DNA from: Eledone cirrhosa
Taxonomy: Eukaryota
DNA: 64,000 nt
Reading direction: 5' to 3'
Assembly: GCA_964016885.1 (NCBI GenBank)
Contig: OZ024742.1
Span: 302,622,001 to 302,686,000, forward strand
This document shows positions 27,137 through 42,429 of the stretch, piece after piece. The notes beneath the pieces are model-generated. The model saw nothing but the letters and a program-made list of their open reading frames with translations, was not told the DNA's origin and did not search any database. A program made the translations under genes and the position numbers. Position 1 is the first letter of the stretch. Each line of letters starts with the position of its first letter.

Positions 27137-30100
27137 CAAACAAACAAATTAACAACACACCAAAACAATTAAAACCATCCACTCTCGCCTCTACATTTTT
27201 GCTTAACGCCCAAGGCATCAGCCCTTCCACCAATACTCAAAAATGGAAGATCAAATTCCTGGAGGACTGGATTGATGTCCATCCAAACCACATCCCTTTC
27301 TTCGTCCTCACTGAAACCCATCTCAGTAACCTCCACTTGGAAGCCGAGGTGAAAGTGAAAAATTTCAAAGCCATCCGTGCTGATCGCGCTGGCAGAAGAA
27401 AGGGCGGAACTGCCATTTATGTCCATAATTCTTTCTCAACAGAGGCTATGAACATATTCACTAATGGATACTGTGAGGCAGTCACTGTATTCAGTCAAAC
27501 CAACAACCTATTAGTAGTTGGGCTCTATAGGCCACCCCAAACGCCTGTACCATGCTTCAAGGAATGCCTCAACAGCATAAAGTGTTTCATCCAAGAGTGT
27601 CACCCTGACAACATCTTAATGATGGGGGACTTCAACCTCCCCGGAGTTGACTGGTCCACAAACACCCTGCCACCAGGTTCTTCTGCCTCAACCTCTGACA
27701 GGGAAGCTGTGGAATCGCTTCTTGACTTCATGGATGATTTCTTCCTATCCCAACTAGTGCTCGAACCAACGAGGTGCCACAAAAACGTCCTAGACTTAAT
27801 TTTCAGCAATCACACTGACAATATCCACAATATTGCAGTGGAGAAAACTCTACTCTCTGATCATGACATGGTTCTCTGTGATCTGAGATTCCACCGTCCA
27901 ATATACAAACCCAATGTCATTTCTCCTGTCCATCCGTTTGACGCTATGGATTTCCACAATGCAAACTGGGAAGCGATCAGTCATGATCTTGCACATGTCG
28001 ACTGGTCCTTCACGCACACTCATACACCCACTAACATCAAAAAGTCCTGGCAGACATTTGTGGACACTGTTACAAACATATGTGCTAAACACACCCCATT
28101 AAGAACTATAAACAAATCTAAGAGCAGAATCCCTAGAAATAGAAAAACACTCATCAGAAAAATTAAGAGAACGAACAAAAAAATCAACAAGCTGAAATAC
28201 TGTCAGCAGCAACACATCAACTTGACTGCCATTTCATCACTAGAGATTAAAAAACATAACCTCCAAAACAACATAATGTCCCTCATCAACAATCAGAGAA
28301 GAGCTGAAGAGGCCTGGGCCATTGAGAAGATCAAACTCAATCCCAAAGTGTTCTTTTCATTTGCAAAAAAACACAAAATCACTGGCTCTACTGTTGGCCC
28401 TCTAATTGATGAAAATGGCACTCTTCAAGACAATGCTAAAACCATGGGTGAGATACTGCAGAAACAATACTGCTCTGTTTTCAGCAATCCTGATATGGCC
28501 GATCTGGGCTGTATCGGCGATGTTGCTCCCCATTACACCTTATCGGACATAACGTTTGGCGCCCCTGATGTCTTGGCGGCAATAAAGGAAATCAAGCATA
28601 ATTCAGCAGTAGGTCCCGATAGGTTCCCTGCTTGTGTCTTGAAGGCGTGTCAACACCAACTTGCTTCTCCTCTTGCCAATCTGTGGCGGAACTCACTGGA
28701 TGCTGGATATGTGCCAGAAAACCTTCTATCCCAGTCTGTTGTCCCAGTTTTCAAAAAGGGAAACAAATCCCTTGCCGTGAATTACCGTCCAATCTCACTC
28801 ACCTCTCATATCATTAAGGTATTTGAGCGAGTGGTGAGATCGCGAATGACCCACTTCCTTGAGAGTAACAATATGCTGAACTCCAACCAGCATGGATTCC
28901 GTAATGGAAGGGATTGCCTGACGCAACTACTGCATCACTTTGATGACATTTTGAGAGCCTTGGGAGAGGGTTCCAACACTGATGTTATCTACCTTGATTT
29001 CAGCAAGGCCTTTGACAGGGTTGATCATAACATTCTACTGAGAAAGCTGTCCAATATTGGTGTCACTGGAAAGCTGCTGCAGTGGATCAAGAGCTTCCTG
29101 TCAAACAGAACCCAACATGTTGTGGTTGAGGGAGTCAAATCAAGCCCAGCCAAAGTCAGTAGTGGAGTCCCACAAGGCACTGTGTTGGGCCCACTTCTCT
29201 TCATCATCTATATTAATGACATCACTGACATCATCAAACACAGCAACATTAAAATTTTCGCTGATGATTCCAAGCTCCAAAAGGTCATCAATGGCGTGGA
29301 TGACCGGATAAGCCTTCAGTCAGACCTACTGGCTGTTACCCAATGGGCAGAAAAGAACAACATGCTACTGAACGAAGACAAATTCGAACTGATCCACTTT
29401 GGAAAAGAGGATGCTCTGAAACTCCCGTACTCCCTTCCCTCCGGGGAAACTCTCGTGGCATCTAACAACATCAGAGACTTGGGAGTAACCGTGGACAGCA
29501 ACATAAGCTGGACCACGCATATAAGCAGCAAAGTTGACATGGCCCGCAGAATGTGTTCCTGGATCCTCAGAACCTTCCAGTCGAGAGATTCCCGCACCAT
29601 TATCCTTCTCTTCTCTACTTTCGCCCGACCACACCTTGAATACTGTTGTCCACTGTGGTCTCCCCACACGAAACAAAGTATCATGAAACTTGAAGCTCCT
29701 CAAAGGGCAATCACGAAAAAGATAGATGGCATGTCAGACCTTGACTACTGGGGTCGATTGGAAAACCTGAAACTTTACTCACTCCAACGTCGCCGTGAGC
29801 GTTATATTATCTGCATGATGTGGAAAATGTTCCATCATCACTGCCCAAATGATGTTGGCATCGCCTTCAAGATACACCCAAGGCTTGGGCCCCGTGCTAT
29901 CCGTCCCATTCAAAAATCTAAATCGCAACTCATAACAACAATACGGCACAATTATTTCACCTCAATCGGCCCTGCTCTCTTCAACATCACACCAGGACAC
30001 GTCAAAACAGAAACTGACCACACAAAATTCAAGAAGTCTTTGGACAAATTCCTCCAAGTAATCCCGGACAAACCACCCACACCCGGATATGTCTCCGCAA

Positions 30101-30144
30101 ACAGTAATTCTCTTCTCGAATGGGCCATGGTGCCCAAATCCTGA
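27124..30144 (+). CDS. LINE ORF2: AP endonuclease + reverse transcriptase (uninterrupted)
   Basis: NAQGI, LTETHL, GLYRPP, GDFN, LDLIF, SDH; NYRPISLTS, QHGFR, YLDFSKAFDRVDH, SGVPQGTVLGPLLF, FADD, RPHLEYC (CR1-like). The frame is open from 27007; the true start is unclear. Confidence 0.95.
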   Translation: MLPLTNKQINNTPKQLKPSTLASTFLLNAQGISPSTNTQKWKIKFLEDWIDVHPNHIPFFVLTETHLSNLHLEAEVKVKNFKAIRADRAGRRKGGTAIYVHNSFSTEAMNIFTNGYCEAVTVFSQTNNLLVVGLYRPPQTPVPCFKECLNSIKCFIQECHPDNILMMGDFNLPGVDWSTNTLPPGSSASTSDREAVESLLDFMDDFFLSQLVLEPTRCHKNVLDLIFSNHTDNIHNIAVEKTLLSDHDMVLCDLRFHRPIYKPNVISPVHPFDAMDFHNANWEAISHDLAHVDWSFTHTHTPTNIKKSWQTFVDTVTNICAKHTPLRTINKSKSRIPRNRKTLIRKIKRTNKKINKLKYCQQQHINLTAISSLEIKKHNLQNNIMSLINNQRRAEEAWAIEKIKLNPKVFFSFAKKHKITGSTVGPLIDENGTLQDNAKTMGEILQKQYCSVFSNPDMADLGCIGDVAPHYTLSDITFGAPDVLAAIKEIKHNSAVGPDRFPACVLKACQHQLASPLANLWRNSLDAGYVPENLLSQSVVPVFKKGNKSLAVNYRPISLTSHIIKVFERVVRSRMTHFLESNNMLNSNQHGFRNGRDCLTQLLHHFDDILRALGEGSNTDVIYLDFSKAFDRVDHNILLRKLSNIGVTGKLLQWIKSFLSNRTQHVVVEGVKSSPAKVSSGVPQGTVLGPLLFIIYINDITDIIKHSNIKIFADDSKLQKVINGVDDRISLQSDLLAVTQWAEKNNMLLNEDKFELIHFGKEDALKLPYSLPSGETLVASNNIRDLGVTVDSNISWTTHISSKVDMARRMCSWILRTFQSRDSRTIILLFSTFARPHLEYCCPLWSPHTKQSIMKLEAPQRAITKKIDGMSDLDYWGRLENLKLYSLQRRRERYIICMMWKMFHHHCPNDVGIAFKIHPRLGPRAIRPIQKSKSQLITTIRHNYFTSIGPALFNITPGHVKTETDHTKFKKSLDKFLQVIPDKPPTPGYVSANSNSLLEWAMVPKS

Positions 30145-30233
30145 ATTGAAAGACTTCGCCAGGTGGTGCTATTAAGTTAGACATGGCCTGGGCCAATACT
30201 GGCCAAAACATTTCAAAGTTATTCAAAGTTATA

Positions 30234-30282
<49 letters not shown>

Positions 30283-30384
30283 ACATATATATATATATGT
30301 ATATATAACGAAGGAAATGTGGTAAGGAACCAGGTGGACCATAACGCACCAAAGTACTCAATACTTGAGGTAGTAGAGTGGGTA

Positions 30385-30514
30385 ATAGGAACCAGTAAGA
30401 CCCCGACAGCTGAGCTCAAGCCGTTTCGACGGCTAATTCTGGACGGCTAATTCAGTCCAGAATTAGCCGTCGAAACGGCTTGAGCTCAGCTGTCGGGGTC
30501 TTACTGGTTCCTAT
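30385..30514. repeat. perfect 60-bp fold-back containing the 3' half of a hammerhead
   Basis: Arms 30385-30444 and 30455-30514 with a 10-nt loop; GAAA 30472-30475, stem III cggct..agctg, GTC 30492-30494. Confidence 0.85.
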
Positions 30515-30522
30515 ATGTATAT

Positions 30523-30670
<148 letters not shown>

Positions 30671-30672
30671 GA

Positions 30673-30708
<36 letters not shown>

Positions 30709-30869
30709 GTATGTATATATATATATATACGTATATATATATGTATATATATGTATATATATATATATATGTATCCTAAACCGACGGTAGTCGGTTTAGT
30801 AATATTGTTGTCTTAGTGGATTTCGTTGGTATATATATGTATATATATATATATATGTATATATATATG

Positions 30870-30904
<35 letters not shown>

Positions 30905-30905
30905 G

Positions 30906-30939
<34 letters not shown>

Positions 30940-31147
30940 TATCAGATCAGAGCAAACAGCACGGACACTCTATGTCAAAATTATTTTTGAAAAGCATTTA
31001 GAAATGCGCAACCAGTAAAAACTTAAAAACTTAAAACCACAACTGAATATTAACCCATACAATCACTAATACTCTTTTTATTCCTAATTAAACCATTTTC
31101 AACTGTGAACAATTTGTCACCATTTTCTATTCCGTTTACCAATATAT

Positions 31148-31257
<110 letters not shown>

Positions 31258-31340
31258 ATATTTATGCAAAAGTTTTATTTAAGATTGTTGGGTTACAACG
31301 AGTAAATATTTTATAACTGATATAAAAGCACTCAACATTG

Positions 31341-31406
31341 TATTTTGTCTGAGGAAGGCATACCATATTTTTAATATGATATCCCAGAAATATATATAAC
31401 GAAATA
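31341..31406 (+). ncRNA. minimal type I hammerhead, family B
   Basis: tattttgt-CTGAGGA-stem II (catatt/aatatg)-GAAA-tatata-TA-acgaaata. Confidence 0.7.
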
Positions 31407-31552
31407 AATATGGTTTTATAAATATAGTTTCCATTTGTTTAATATCGTATATATATATTTATATATTTATATATTTATATATATATATTTATATATCTTA
31501 TATATATATTATATATATATATATATCTATAATATATATATATTTATATATC

Positions 31553-31585
<33 letters not shown>

Positions 31586-31602
31586 TTATATATATATTTA
31601 TA

Positions 31603-31649
<47 letters not shown>

Positions 31650-31652
31650 ATT

Positions 31653-31696
<44 letters not shown>

Positions 31697-32103
31697 TATA
31701 TATATATATATATCTGATCCACCGAATATATACATCTGATCCATTCTTTTTCTCCTCTACACTGGACGTGATTTATGTGTCGGCTATTTTAACTGTATCC
31801 CTTCCCTCCTTAACCTCTCACTTGTACGATGATCATCTGTCCCCAAGCTGCCTACTATTTTTTCACTTCCTCAATATATTTCTCTCTCCCATATCTTCCT
31901 TCTCTCTAGATCTCGCTCTGTTGTTTTTGTTTTTGTTTTTCTTTACATACATCTCTTCATCTTCTTCTTTTTATCTTCGTTTTTCTTCGTCTTTCTTTCT
32001 CTATAACTGTCCTCAACAGTTTCACTACCAAATCAACTTTTTAAATGGAAGTTGCATTATTCTAAGGTATGTCAAAATTATTTATAAAACAGCTTATATA
32101 TTG

Positions 32104-32169
32104 TATTTTGTCTGAGGAAGGCATACCATATTTTTAATATGATATCCCAGAAATATATATAACGAAATA
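32104..32169 (+). ncRNA. minimal type I hammerhead, family B (second identical copy)
   Basis: Same sequence as 31341-31406. Confidence 0.7.
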
Positions 32170-32299
32170 AATATGGTTTTATAAATATAGTTTCCATTTG
32201 TTTAATATCGTAAACCTACTCCAAAAACTGTTGAGTGCTTTTATATCAGTTATAAAATATTTACTCGTTGTAACCCAACAATTTTAAATAAAACTTTTT

Positions 32300-34700
<2,401 letters not shown>

Positions 34701-34877
34701 TTTTTATAATTTTCTTATTTTACGTCTTTCATATTATTTCTCTGCATCCCCATGCATTGAACCACAAAGTTACTAAGACAAAACCTATATATTTACTAGC
34801 ATAGGTATGCGTCTGTATATATATGTTTCTAGTTATACTAATTCTTTATATATGTATATATATATATATATATATAT

Positions 34878-35200
34878 GTAGGAGGTGAGTTTTATTGTAG
34901 TACAATAAAGCAATGCAGATATCGGATAAGAAGCACTCTACAGTTTGTAGGACTGGATTATACATAATATAAGATCAAAAGATGGTTAAAGGAGTTCCAT
35001 GTATTTTATTATGCGCATTTCAAAAACAAATATATGTTGATTTAAAACTGCACTATCCACAAGTATTTTTTAGCCTTCATATCATGTTCTCCTGTTTTAT
35101 CTGATGAAAACACAAATATTATTGCTTGATGATGTTTGTTTTTGAAATGCGCATAATAAAATACATGGAACTCCTTTAACCATCTTTTGATCTTATATTA
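34878..35200 (+). mobile_element. Penelope-like remnant, family C, with internal inversion
   Basis: 34964-35033 is the reverse complement of about 35132-35200; the whole unit has a second copy at 52742-52973 (-). Confidence 0.75.
35093..35163 (+). ncRNA. minimal type I hammerhead, family C
   Basis: tgttttat-CTGATGA(35101-35107)-long stem II-GAAA(35144-35147)-tgcgca-TA-ataaaata; palindromic stem/loop III. Confidence 0.8.
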
Positions 35201-35725
35201 TATATATATATATATATATTTTGTAGAGTTTTTTTCAGAATGTATTTGACTGCTATTTCTTGTAAATAAACATTCACTTTCATCCTGACGTCACTAGCCC
35301 CGTTTTTCCTCATGTACGTTTTCATAATCACGCATGATGGCGAACTAGCCAGTTTTAGAATTCCATTTTCGGCTTATAATACTGTGGTAGCCCTGGTTAT
35401 CTGTTGAGCTCTGCTGACGATTGAAATCCAACCGTGACCATTTCCACTGAAAGTTTTCATGAAATAGTCTTTTAAGACTATACAGAGCATTTGATGTTAT
35501 TCCAAATTGAAGGATAAGTGTTTTAGACTTTATTTTATCATGAGTTAAAGGTCTATTGATTTCACTAAATTCTGTGGATGAATTTGTATCCTGATTCTCT
35601 TTTGAGATGAGTTTGAATTATTTTCCTAAATCTTACGTTAACTACTTTTCCCATCTTGACGACATAGTCGCATATATGTTATGGAATACTGTTAGCTTCT
35701 CGCTAAAAGAATTTCTATACCTTTC

Positions 35726-35819
<94 letters not shown>

Positions 35820-35961
35820 GAAAGGTATAGAAAGTATTGTAGCAAGAAGCCAACAGTATTCCATAATATATGTGACTATAGCGTCAAAATGGGAAAATAG
35901 ATGTGGGAAAAATAATTCAAAAAGAAACAGGACATATATTTATCCAACAGAATTTAGTGAA

Positions 35962-36358
35962 ATATATATGTATATATATGTATATATATATATACATATA
36001 TGTATATATATGTATATATACATATATGTATATATATGTATATATACATATATGTATATATATGTATATATATATATATACATATATATGTATATATATG
36101 TATATATATATATACATATATATGTATATATATGTATATATATATACATATATATGTATATATACGTATATATATATACATATATGTATATATATATACA
36201 TATATGTATATATATGTATATATATATATATACATATATATGTATATATATGTATATATATATATACATATATATATGTATATATATATATACATATATA
36301 TATGTATATATATATATACATATATATGTATATATATATATACATATATATGTATATA

Positions 36359-36412
<54 letters not shown>

Positions 36413-36450
36413 TGTATATATATGTATATATATATATACATATATATACA

Positions 36451-36508
<58 letters not shown>

Positions 36509-36864
36509 TATATACATATATATGTATATATATATATACATATATATGTATATATATATATACATATATATATGTATATATATATATACATATATATATG
36601 TATATATATATATACATATATATACATATATATGTATATATATATATATACATATATATGTATATATACGTATATATATATACATATATGTATATATATA
36701 TACATATATGTATATATATGTATATATATATATATACATATATATGTATATATATGTATATATATATATACATATATATATGTATATATATATATACATA
36801 TATATATGTATATATATATATATACATATATATGTATATATATATATACATATATATGTATATA

Positions 36865-36916
<52 letters not shown>

Positions 36917-38099
36917 TGTATATATATGTATATATATATATATACATATATGTATATATATGTATATATATATATACATATATATGTATATATATATATA
37001 CATATATATGTATATAAATATATACATATATATGAATATATATATATACATATATATGTATATAAATATATACATATATATGAATATATATATATATACA
37101 TGTATATGTATATATACATATACATGTATATATATATATATACATATACATGTATATATATATATATACATATATATGTATATATATATATACAAAATAT
37201 ATGTATATATATATATACATATATATGTATATATACATATATACATATATATGTATATATACATATATACATATATACATATATACATATATATACATAT
37301 ATATATATATACATATATATATACATATATACACATATATATATATATACATATATACATATATATGTATATATATATACATATATATATATATATACAT
37401 ATATATGTATACATATATATGTATATATATACATATATATGTATACATATATATATACATATATACATATATATATATATACATATATCCATATACATAT
37501 ATATATATATACATATATACATATATACATATATATATATACATATATATGTATATATATATACATATATATGTATATATATACATATATATGTATATAT
37601 ATATATAAATATATATTTACATATATATATATATGTATATATATATACATATACATGTATATATATATATACATATATATGTATATATATATACATATAT
37701 ATGTATATATATATACATATACATATACATATATATATATATACATATACATATATATACATATACATATATATACATATACATATATATACATATATAT
37801 ATATACATATATATACTTATATATATATACATACATATATGTATATACATATATATATATACACATATATATATATACATATATATATATACATACTTAT
37901 AAATGTATATATATATCTATATATATATGTATATACATATATATATACATACATATAAATGTATATATATGTATATACATATATATATACATACATATAT
38001 ACATACATATATATGTATATATATATGTATATACATATATATACGTGTGTGTATATATATATATGTATATATGTGTGTGTGTTGGTGTGCACATGTATG

Positions 38100-38144
<45 letters not shown>

Positions 38145-38250
38145 GTGTGTGTGTCGGTGTGCACATGTATGAAATATATATATATGTATGTGTGTATATA
38201 TATAAATATCTGTGTGTGTGTGTATGTCATGTATGTACATATGTGTCTGT
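35962..38250. repeat. about 2.3-kb interrupted (TA)n/TACA microsatellite field
   Basis: Direct reading. Confidence 0.95.
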
Positions 38251-40179
38251 CTGTCGTTGGTAGTTTAAAGATTATATTCATGTTCTAAATTGTGTTTTTC
38301 TTAAGTTTCCATTGTTTCGTGTAGAGTTGTTTGCTTTTTTAATTCGATTTCTTTTCTTCCCATTGTTAGAAGTTTCTATATTGTTTCAGAAGCAAATGTT
38401 AAATGTCAATGACAGCAAACACAAAAGAACCTCCAATATAATATTGTTATTGATGACATTATTCTTACCGTTTGGCTCCAAGTCATCTTTGCTCCAACAA
38501 TTAAGTTTAAAACTGTGCCACTATCAATATTTCAACTTATCTATATCTAAGGCTACATTATACAACCTGTCCTTCTCTTGTTTGAGGTGATAGGGATGTA
38601 GCCCAAGGGAGATTTAGGGGTTATTTTTAGAAGCTCCAGCCACTACCTATGCCCCCCCCCCATTCTAAAGTTTTTCTAAATATATTCTGTTTTCTGTGAT
38701 TGTAAAATTATATAAGTAATAACAATATCGTTACTAAGGAGTGAGAAGAGCAATAACTTGTTATCGATTTAACCACTTGCTAATGATTCATCTGGGTATA
38801 CATCGCCATAAGTGGACGCAGTATGGCCGAATGCTTAAGAGGTTTGCTTCACAATCATTAGGTCACGGATTCGATCCCACTGCGTGGTATCAGGGGCTCA
38901 TTACAGCAAGTTTATTAACGACCACTTCATTGTATGAATCTACTGTGGTGAGTTAGTGGAGAGCTGGACTGGACAAGTATTCCATCCTCGGCTAAAGATA
39001 CTTCTCTTCCCTCATACATTCACTATACCGAGAAAAGTGATTTCCTCCTTCACCAAAAATATAAGTCTGATGGTGACAAGTACTAAACAACCATTATGGT
39101 ACATGTAACGGGTGGGAAAATATTGTTTGCTTCAAGTCGCTTTCCTTGTACCAATCTCGCTAGAGTTGAAATTTAATTTCAGTCTTTTAGCTTTAATGAA
39201 AGAAGCGTGAAACACCCTGGCGTAGATTCAGTTTACTACGCATATCCTCTTCCACCAACTATAGAAAATAAATGTTTCCAATCAAAATAAATCAAGAGTG
39301 CTATTATTATCATTATTATGCTGTTTTCCAAATAAGAGAGTTACTGTATTCAGAACGTTTCTCAGTGTTCATCTATATTATTTTACCCATCCATGAATAT
39401 ACATATATTATACATTTAAAAATTCATGCAATGAAAATATGTGCAATTTTGCTTTTTTTTCAAAAATATTTGTTGAGCAATCTTTATTATTTTAATATCT
39501 TCAGACGACAATTTATACAGGATAATGGACGTCGTTGTTAAAATAGAATCAATATTATTTCAGCAATATAGAAATCAGGTATCGAAATGAATAAAAAACC
39601 CGTTAATATAGATATCTAAAATACTGCAGAGATAAACTGGATAAAAGTAGCGCCTAATATAGGTGCTGACTGATTTATGCATTTATATTAAACGATGGAG
39701 GTCTGTTACATAAATTCGTGTTAAAAAAATATTTTTTCAGCATTAAAATATAAGCAATTTATGACATTAAATGAATATTTCTCAAAGTTAGATACGTTAA
39801 GGTCGATAATTTCAGTAAATCAAATGGGTATTTCTTTTTCTTTCATCTATTCAAATGAATGCATTTTATAGCTTTCTGGGTGACATTATTTAATCTAATG
39901 TTTCAAGGGTTAAACATTAAAAAAAAGTTAAATATTTATACCACAACACCTCCAACTCACCACCGACAAACAAGGAAAAATCAAAACAAAACAAGAAGTC
40001 TGTTAGAGATTATTAATTTCCCTAACTTTTCAAATGTTGAATTAACAAATTTTATGATTATATCAAGGATTGAAATTTCAATATTTGAATTTCGTTGAAG
40101 CGAATACATATAAGAGTCATGGTTTTTAACTCTTACTTTTTCCTGGTATGATAAAGCCATGGACAGCTAGTGTCTTTCT

Positions 40180-40755
40180 GCGAGGCATGTGTACTGCGTG
40201 CTTTAAAACACTGGGATGAGACATGTACTACTTACACTAAAATACTGCTACGAGACATGTGAACTAACTTTTTGCATTAAAATGCTACTACGAGGCATAT
40301 GTACTACTTGCATTAAAATACTACTACGAGGCATGTGTACTATTATCATAAAAATGCTACTACGAGGAATGTATACTACTTGCTTAAAATACTACTACGA
40401 GGCATGTGTACTATTAGCATTAAAATACTACTACGAGGCATGTGTACTATTAGCATAAAAATACTACTACGAGGCATGTGTACTACTTGCATTAAAATAC
40501 TACTACGAGGCATGTGTACTATTAGCATAAAAATACTACTACGAGGCATGTGTACTATTAGCATTAAAATACTACTACGAGGCATGTGTACTATTAACAT
40601 TAAAATACTACTACGAGGCATGTGTACTATTAGCATAAAAATACTACTACGAGGCATGTGTACTACTTGCATTAAAATACTACTACGAGGCATGTGTACT
40701 ACTTGCATTAAAATACTACTACGAGGCATGTGTACTATTAACATTAAAATACTGG
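40180..40755. repeat. 36-bp minisatellite, about 16 copies
   Basis: Unit ctactacgaggcatgtgtactattagcattaaaata; more diverged at the left end. Confidence 0.95.
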
Positions 40756-41135
40756 TCTTATATTTCAGAAAGAAAACAATTACACACATTCAGGACTGAT
40801 TGCATTTTCACGTGATATAAACAACCCAATACAAACTAATGAGCTGTAAATATACTGAAACCTCTTTGTTGTATTCCACATCCATATTCATCTATTGCTA
40901 CAATATTAGCCATTATTCTTCTGAACACGTGGACAACATCGATCAGTTATATCAGAATACGATTCACCCTTTCTGAACCCCAGTGTTGTATACATCAAAT
41001 ACAATATTGAATATTACTTATACTAAATCTCACCGCCTCATCGCGCCAGTCTTGCTGGGAATCATACATAGCTGAGAAGATTTCCGCCTGAAGTTGCGTA
41101 CTGAGTACTTGTGCAAGGTAAGTTTAATGTGAAAT

Positions 41136-41335
41136 NNNNNNNNNNNNNNNNNNNNNNNNNNNNNNNNNNNNNNNNNNNNNNNNNNNNNNNNNNNNNNNNN
41201 NNNNNNNNNNNNNNNNNNNNNNNNNNNNNNNNNNNNNNNNNNNNNNNNNNNNNNNNNNNNNNNNNNNNNNNNNNNNNNNNNNNNNNNNNNNNNNNNNNNN
41301 NNNNNNNNNNNNNNNNNNNNNNNNNNNNNNNNNNN
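41136..41335. other. assembly gap (200 N)
   Basis: Run of N. Confidence 1.
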
Positions 41336-42429
41336 AGTTAAATAAGGTTAGTGTTTGTCTAAGGTAATAGGAGTGACCTCAGTCGGTTTCAACGATGAAT
41401 TTTCCAGTTGAACCTTCAACGGAATAGTCTGTTCAGGAAATTAACATGTGTCTGAACATTGTGTTGACTCGTATACTTTTAATACAACTCTCAGGGACAC
41501 TCAGCATGCTATGATGCGTCAATGCCGGCCTTTTAAGTTTACAGGTACAATTCGTCTGACAAGCTTCCAAACAGTCTGTCTACGCAATTTCATTGGTCAT
41601 GTAGTCAGATTGAACCCGGTACCTAATGATTGCGAAACAAACTTCTTTACCATTCTGCAAGGTTGCGTTCCCACTTTATAAGTTTCTGTCCTAGGTTTTT
41701 TCTTATAAGTGCGTAGCTCGAACATCAGAAAATAACTCCAGTTAAAGCTACTTCTTCGAATTGAGAGATCACTGCTCCAATAATATGGGCATGTGGTTAG
41801 AATGTCTCATGAAAGAATCGCTAAATAGATTTTACGGGGAAAACAAACCGGCACAAGACCCAGTGGTAGACCCGAGCAAGATGGTTGGATAACATCCATG
41901 AGCTTGATCAGTTGGAGATGGTTGCTTCTGACAGGACCCGCTTGAAGGAGTGTTTGAGGACTCTTCCCCCCACGACCCTCTCAGAAATAAGTTGGCGGAG
42001 AAGACGAATATGAAGAACAATATAATTTTACATGCAGATTGTTTCGTTGATCAAAGAATTGGAACACTCATCGTCGCATCCAACTGAGGTTCATTCCATG
42101 TCTGACCTATTCATCTTGTAACTTTACATTAGAGCCTCAGGTAGAATATCTTGGGTTATTTCGTCTGGTTCTTTGCGCTCTGAGTTCAAATCCCGAGTTC
42201 AAATAAGCGGGACGTGAGTAACCCCCCGCCCAAACAACTATAGTTTGACTAACCAAAAGACCAGCAAGGGGCTGTATATTTATCACGACGTTGCATCCCT
42301 CCTCCTGTATTTACTAATTCGAAAGGACATCCTAACCTACTTTATTTATTGATGAACTTGAAAGAGAATATCACAAATACACTTCTCATTATTGTGGAGA
42401 TGGGAGATGTGTAGAAGTTGCCCCTAGAG

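Larger units (their letters stand above)
25240..30231 (+). mobile_element. CR1/Jockey-superfamily LINE, full length, both ORFs intact
   Basis: About 720-nt 5' UTR, ORF1, overlapping ORF2, short 3' UTR with a ggcca/tggcc hairpin and a (TTCAAAGTTA)2 terminus; (TA)n on both sides. Confidence 0.92.

Noticed and set aside
35645-35700. Hammerhead-like TTGACGA..catag/ttatg..GAAT in the mirrored element
   Set aside because: Both cores deviate and the mirror copy is worse; not counted as a ribozyme.
40180-40799. 36-bp repeat array as a CRISPR array or repeat protein
   Set aside because: Units are contiguous with no unique spacers, there are no cas genes, and the context is eukaryotic.
41030-41123. 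Strong splice-donor-like AAG/GTAAGT at 41118
   Set aside because: Single motif beside an assembly gap; no supporting ORF or partner exon.
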